Shown: positions 62,362-64,000 of the stretch, one piece after another
Layout of the letters: each line of letters opens with the position of its first letter
Numbering within the stretch: position 1 is the first letter of the stretch
NCBI GenBank assembly: GCA_963766645.1
Contig: CAVYAY010000003.1
Location: 759,221 to 823,220 of the forward strand
DNA: 64,000 nt
DNA from: an uncultured Chloroflexia bacterium
Lineage (GTDB): Bacteria > Chloroflexota > Dehalococcoidia > DSTF01 > WHTK01
Reading direction: 5' to 3'
Position numbers and translations under genes: made by a program
The notes under the pieces: model-generated
What the model was told of the DNA's origin: nothing
The model's input: the letters and a program-made list of their open reading frames with translations, nothing else
The model's database searches: none

Positions 62362-62428
62362 GCGGGGCTAACCTCGGCGGATAAGGTCACTTCTCCTATC
62401 CTAACCCGCGAAGCCGCTCTTCGGGGCG

Positions 62429-63127
62429 TCAGACCAGCGACAGCAGCAGCTTCGCCAACTCGTCTGGCTTCGTGACCATCGAGTCGTGACCGGCGGGAAG
62501 CTCGCGATACTGCCACGTTGGCCTGTCCTTCACCCGCGATGCAGCCTCCAGGAAGAAGGGCGATTTGGACGTCCGTACGTAGGTCCGCTTGAAAGCTTGC
62601 ACTTCCAGCGGCTTTGGCATCTGCACGCGTTCTGTCATCGTGCCGCGCGGATGCGGCGTCATCTTGGCTTTGATCCATGCCAGGTCGGCCGTATCCGTCA
62701 CGTCAAAGTCGCCGATCGGAGCGTCCGGTACTCCCACGCGCCAGTCCGGCCCCGAGACCATGGCCTCGGCGATAGGTCCCACGTTCTGCACGAAGGTTTC
62801 GCCGTCCTCCTTCGGGACGAAGGCGTCCAGAAAGACAAGGTGGCTGATCTGGTCCGCGCGCTCCGCGGCGACGCCTGTAATCACGAAGCCGCTGTAGCTG
62901 TGACCGACCAGCACAATGTCGCTCAGGTCCTCATAGTCAATTAGGTTGACGACGTCCGTGACGTGCGTCGTGAGGTTCACGTCGTCCGACGCGAGATGTC
63001 GGCGGTCCGCCAGCCCCGTCAGCGTCGGAGTGAACACCGTGTGGCCCTTCTCCCTCAGCAGCGGGGCCACACGATTCCATGCCCAGCTCCCATGCCAGGC
63101 GCCAATTACCAACACGTAGGTTGCCAT
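62429..63127 (-). CDS. Alpha/beta hydrolase (methylesterase / SABP2-like)
   Basis: MATYVLVIGAWHGSWAW.. N-terminus after GGGAG, GHSYSG nucleophile motif. Confidence 0.75.
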   Translation of the reverse strand: MATYVLVIGAWHGSWAWNRVAPLLREKGHTVFTPTLTGLADRRHLASDDVNLTTHVTDVVNLIDYEDLSDIVLVGHSYSGFVITGVAAERADQISHLVFLDAFVPKEDGETFVQNVGPIAEAMVSGPDWRVGVPDAPIGDFDVTDTADLAWIKAKMTPHPRGTMTERVQMPKPLEVQAFKRTYVRTSKSPFFLEAASRVKDRPTWQYRELPAGHDSMVTKPDELAKLLLSLV

Positions 63128-63129
63128 GC

Positions 63130-63471
63130 TTACTCCCGCAGATTGCTCATCGTGCGCCGTATCAGCTCGGCCTCGTCCAGCCGCCCCAGCAGCGCCTGGC
63201 ACAGCTTGACCTCTGCCACTAAGGTCGAGAGCAGCGGCGGCGCCTCCGGAGAAACGTTGCCGTCGTCATCCGCCGCTAACAGCGCCGCGCCGAGGTCGTA
63301 CGCCACGTAATCCAGCGGGTCTTCGAGGAACGAGATGTCGACCTGTTCTGCGATGACGCCGTCGACGCCGAGCACACGACAGGCCGTTTCGTCACGCGCC
63401 AACTCAAGGAGCTGACCGACCAGCTTCTCGACGCGACTGCGGCTCTCCCAGCTATCGCCCGATTCGTTCAA
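63130..63471 (-). CDS. Hypothetical protein downstream of the SPFH gene
   Basis: 113-aa ORF, acidic, no recognisable domain. Confidence 0.3.
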   Translation of the reverse strand: MNESGDSWESRSRVEKLVGQLLELARDETACRVLGVDGVIAEQVDISFLEDPLDYVAYDLGAALLAADDDGNVSPEAPPLLSTLVAEVKLCQALLGRLDEAELIRRTMSNLRE

Positions 63472-63476
63472 CGCAC

Positions 63477-64000
63477 TTAGGTATTGTTACCGCCGTGGCC
63501 AGACGACCCGCCGTTGTTGATGCCCGCGGCGCTCGACATGTTGCGTGCGAAGCCCTGCACGAAGCTGGTCAGCTCCATCGGTACGACCCACTTCGTCGAA
63601 TCGCTGCCGGCCAGCGACTTCATCATCTCCAGGTACTGCAGCGCCATGGTGTTCTGGTCAACCAGGCTGGCCGACTGGAAGATGCGGTCCAGCGCCATCG
63701 AGAAGCCCTCTGCGTTAAGGATCGCTGCCTGCCGGTTACCCTCGGCGCTCAGGATCGCAGCCTGCTTCTGACCCTCGGCGTTGAGAATCGCAGCCTCGCG
63801 GTTGCCGTCGGCGATCTTGACCGCAGCCTCGCGCGTGCCGTCGGCCTCGGTAACCGTAGCGCGGCGGAAGCGCTCAGCCGACATCTGGCGGCTCATCGCC
63901 TCCTGGATGTCGCGCGGCGGCAGGATCTCGCGGATCTCGACCGCGTTGACCTTGACGCCCCAGCGGTCCGTCACCTCGTCCATGCGCGACTGCATCAGCG
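63477..64000 (-). CDS. SPFH/band-7 (stomatin/prohibitin) domain protein, 3' part (the gene continues beyond the window end)
   Basis: ..ILNAEGQKQAAILSAEGNRQAAILNAEGF.. tandem 11-aa repeats (33-nt DNA repeats at about 63700-63850) typical of SPFH C-terminal regions. Confidence 0.8.
   Translation of the reverse strand, partial: LMQSRMDEVTDRWGVKVNAVEIREILPPRDIQEAMSRQMSAERFRRATVTEADGTREAAVKIADGNREAAILNAEGQKQAAILSAEGNRQAAILNAEGFSMALDRIFQSASLVDQNTMALQYLEMMKSLAGSDSTKWVVPMELTSFVQGFARNMSSAAGINNGGSSGHGGNNT

Overview
This is a high-GC (about 65-70%) bacterial chromosomal segment. An F420-dependent LLM oxidoreductase, an AdnAB-type helicase-nuclease pair, SIMPL and PNPOx proteins suggest an Actinobacteria- or Chloroflexi-like organism (inference). 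Gene content from start to end: (i) a minus-strand aromatic-catabolism operon with an ACAD-fold flavin monooxygenase, an extradiol dioxygenase, an HpaB-family hydroxylase, a YciI-like protein and MetE-like proteins, read divergently from a LysR regulator and a family-5 ABC substrate-binding lipoprotein; (ii) a second catabolic block with two FAH-family hydrolases, an OsmC-like gene, an MBL hydrolase, a cupin, 3-oxoacid CoA-transferase A/B, a MetE-like gene and a thiolase; (iii) a roughly 11.2 kb island (16.1-27.3 kb) carrying a glycerol module (glpK, lipase, SorC regulator, glpD), LuxR-type regulator pieces, esterases and a degraded serine-recombinase gene, ending at dnaN; (iv) housekeeping genes hemL, hemA, dinB, ribD-ribE-ribBA-ribH, dcd, an ECF sigma/anti-sigma pair, adnA-adnB, an F420 LLM oxidoreductase, a UbiA prenyltransferase, a class A PBP, gatC-gatA, an aminotransferase and an SPFH protein. 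Three findings stand out. First, the OsmC-family reading frame has a single in-frame TGA exactly at the position of the peroxidatic cysteine, with a small hairpin about 15 nt downstream, so it is a candidate selenoprotein with a SECIS-like element. Second, three copies of a diverged dnaN 3'-terminal fragment (16122, 21802 inverted, 27294) bracket and subdivide the island, and the recombinase remnant abuts the copy that forms the live dnaN stop. This resembles an SCC-like element integrated at the dnaN 3' end. Third, many genes are broken by frameshifts, but these cluster in blocks (0-2 kb, 8-18 kb, 29-35 kb, 52-61 kb) while other blocks are fully intact (35-52 kb). That pattern points to indel-type sequencing or assembly error rather than real pseudogenes, so coordinates for broken genes are approximate. 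Many long antisense ORFs in the six-frame track are artefacts of high GC content.
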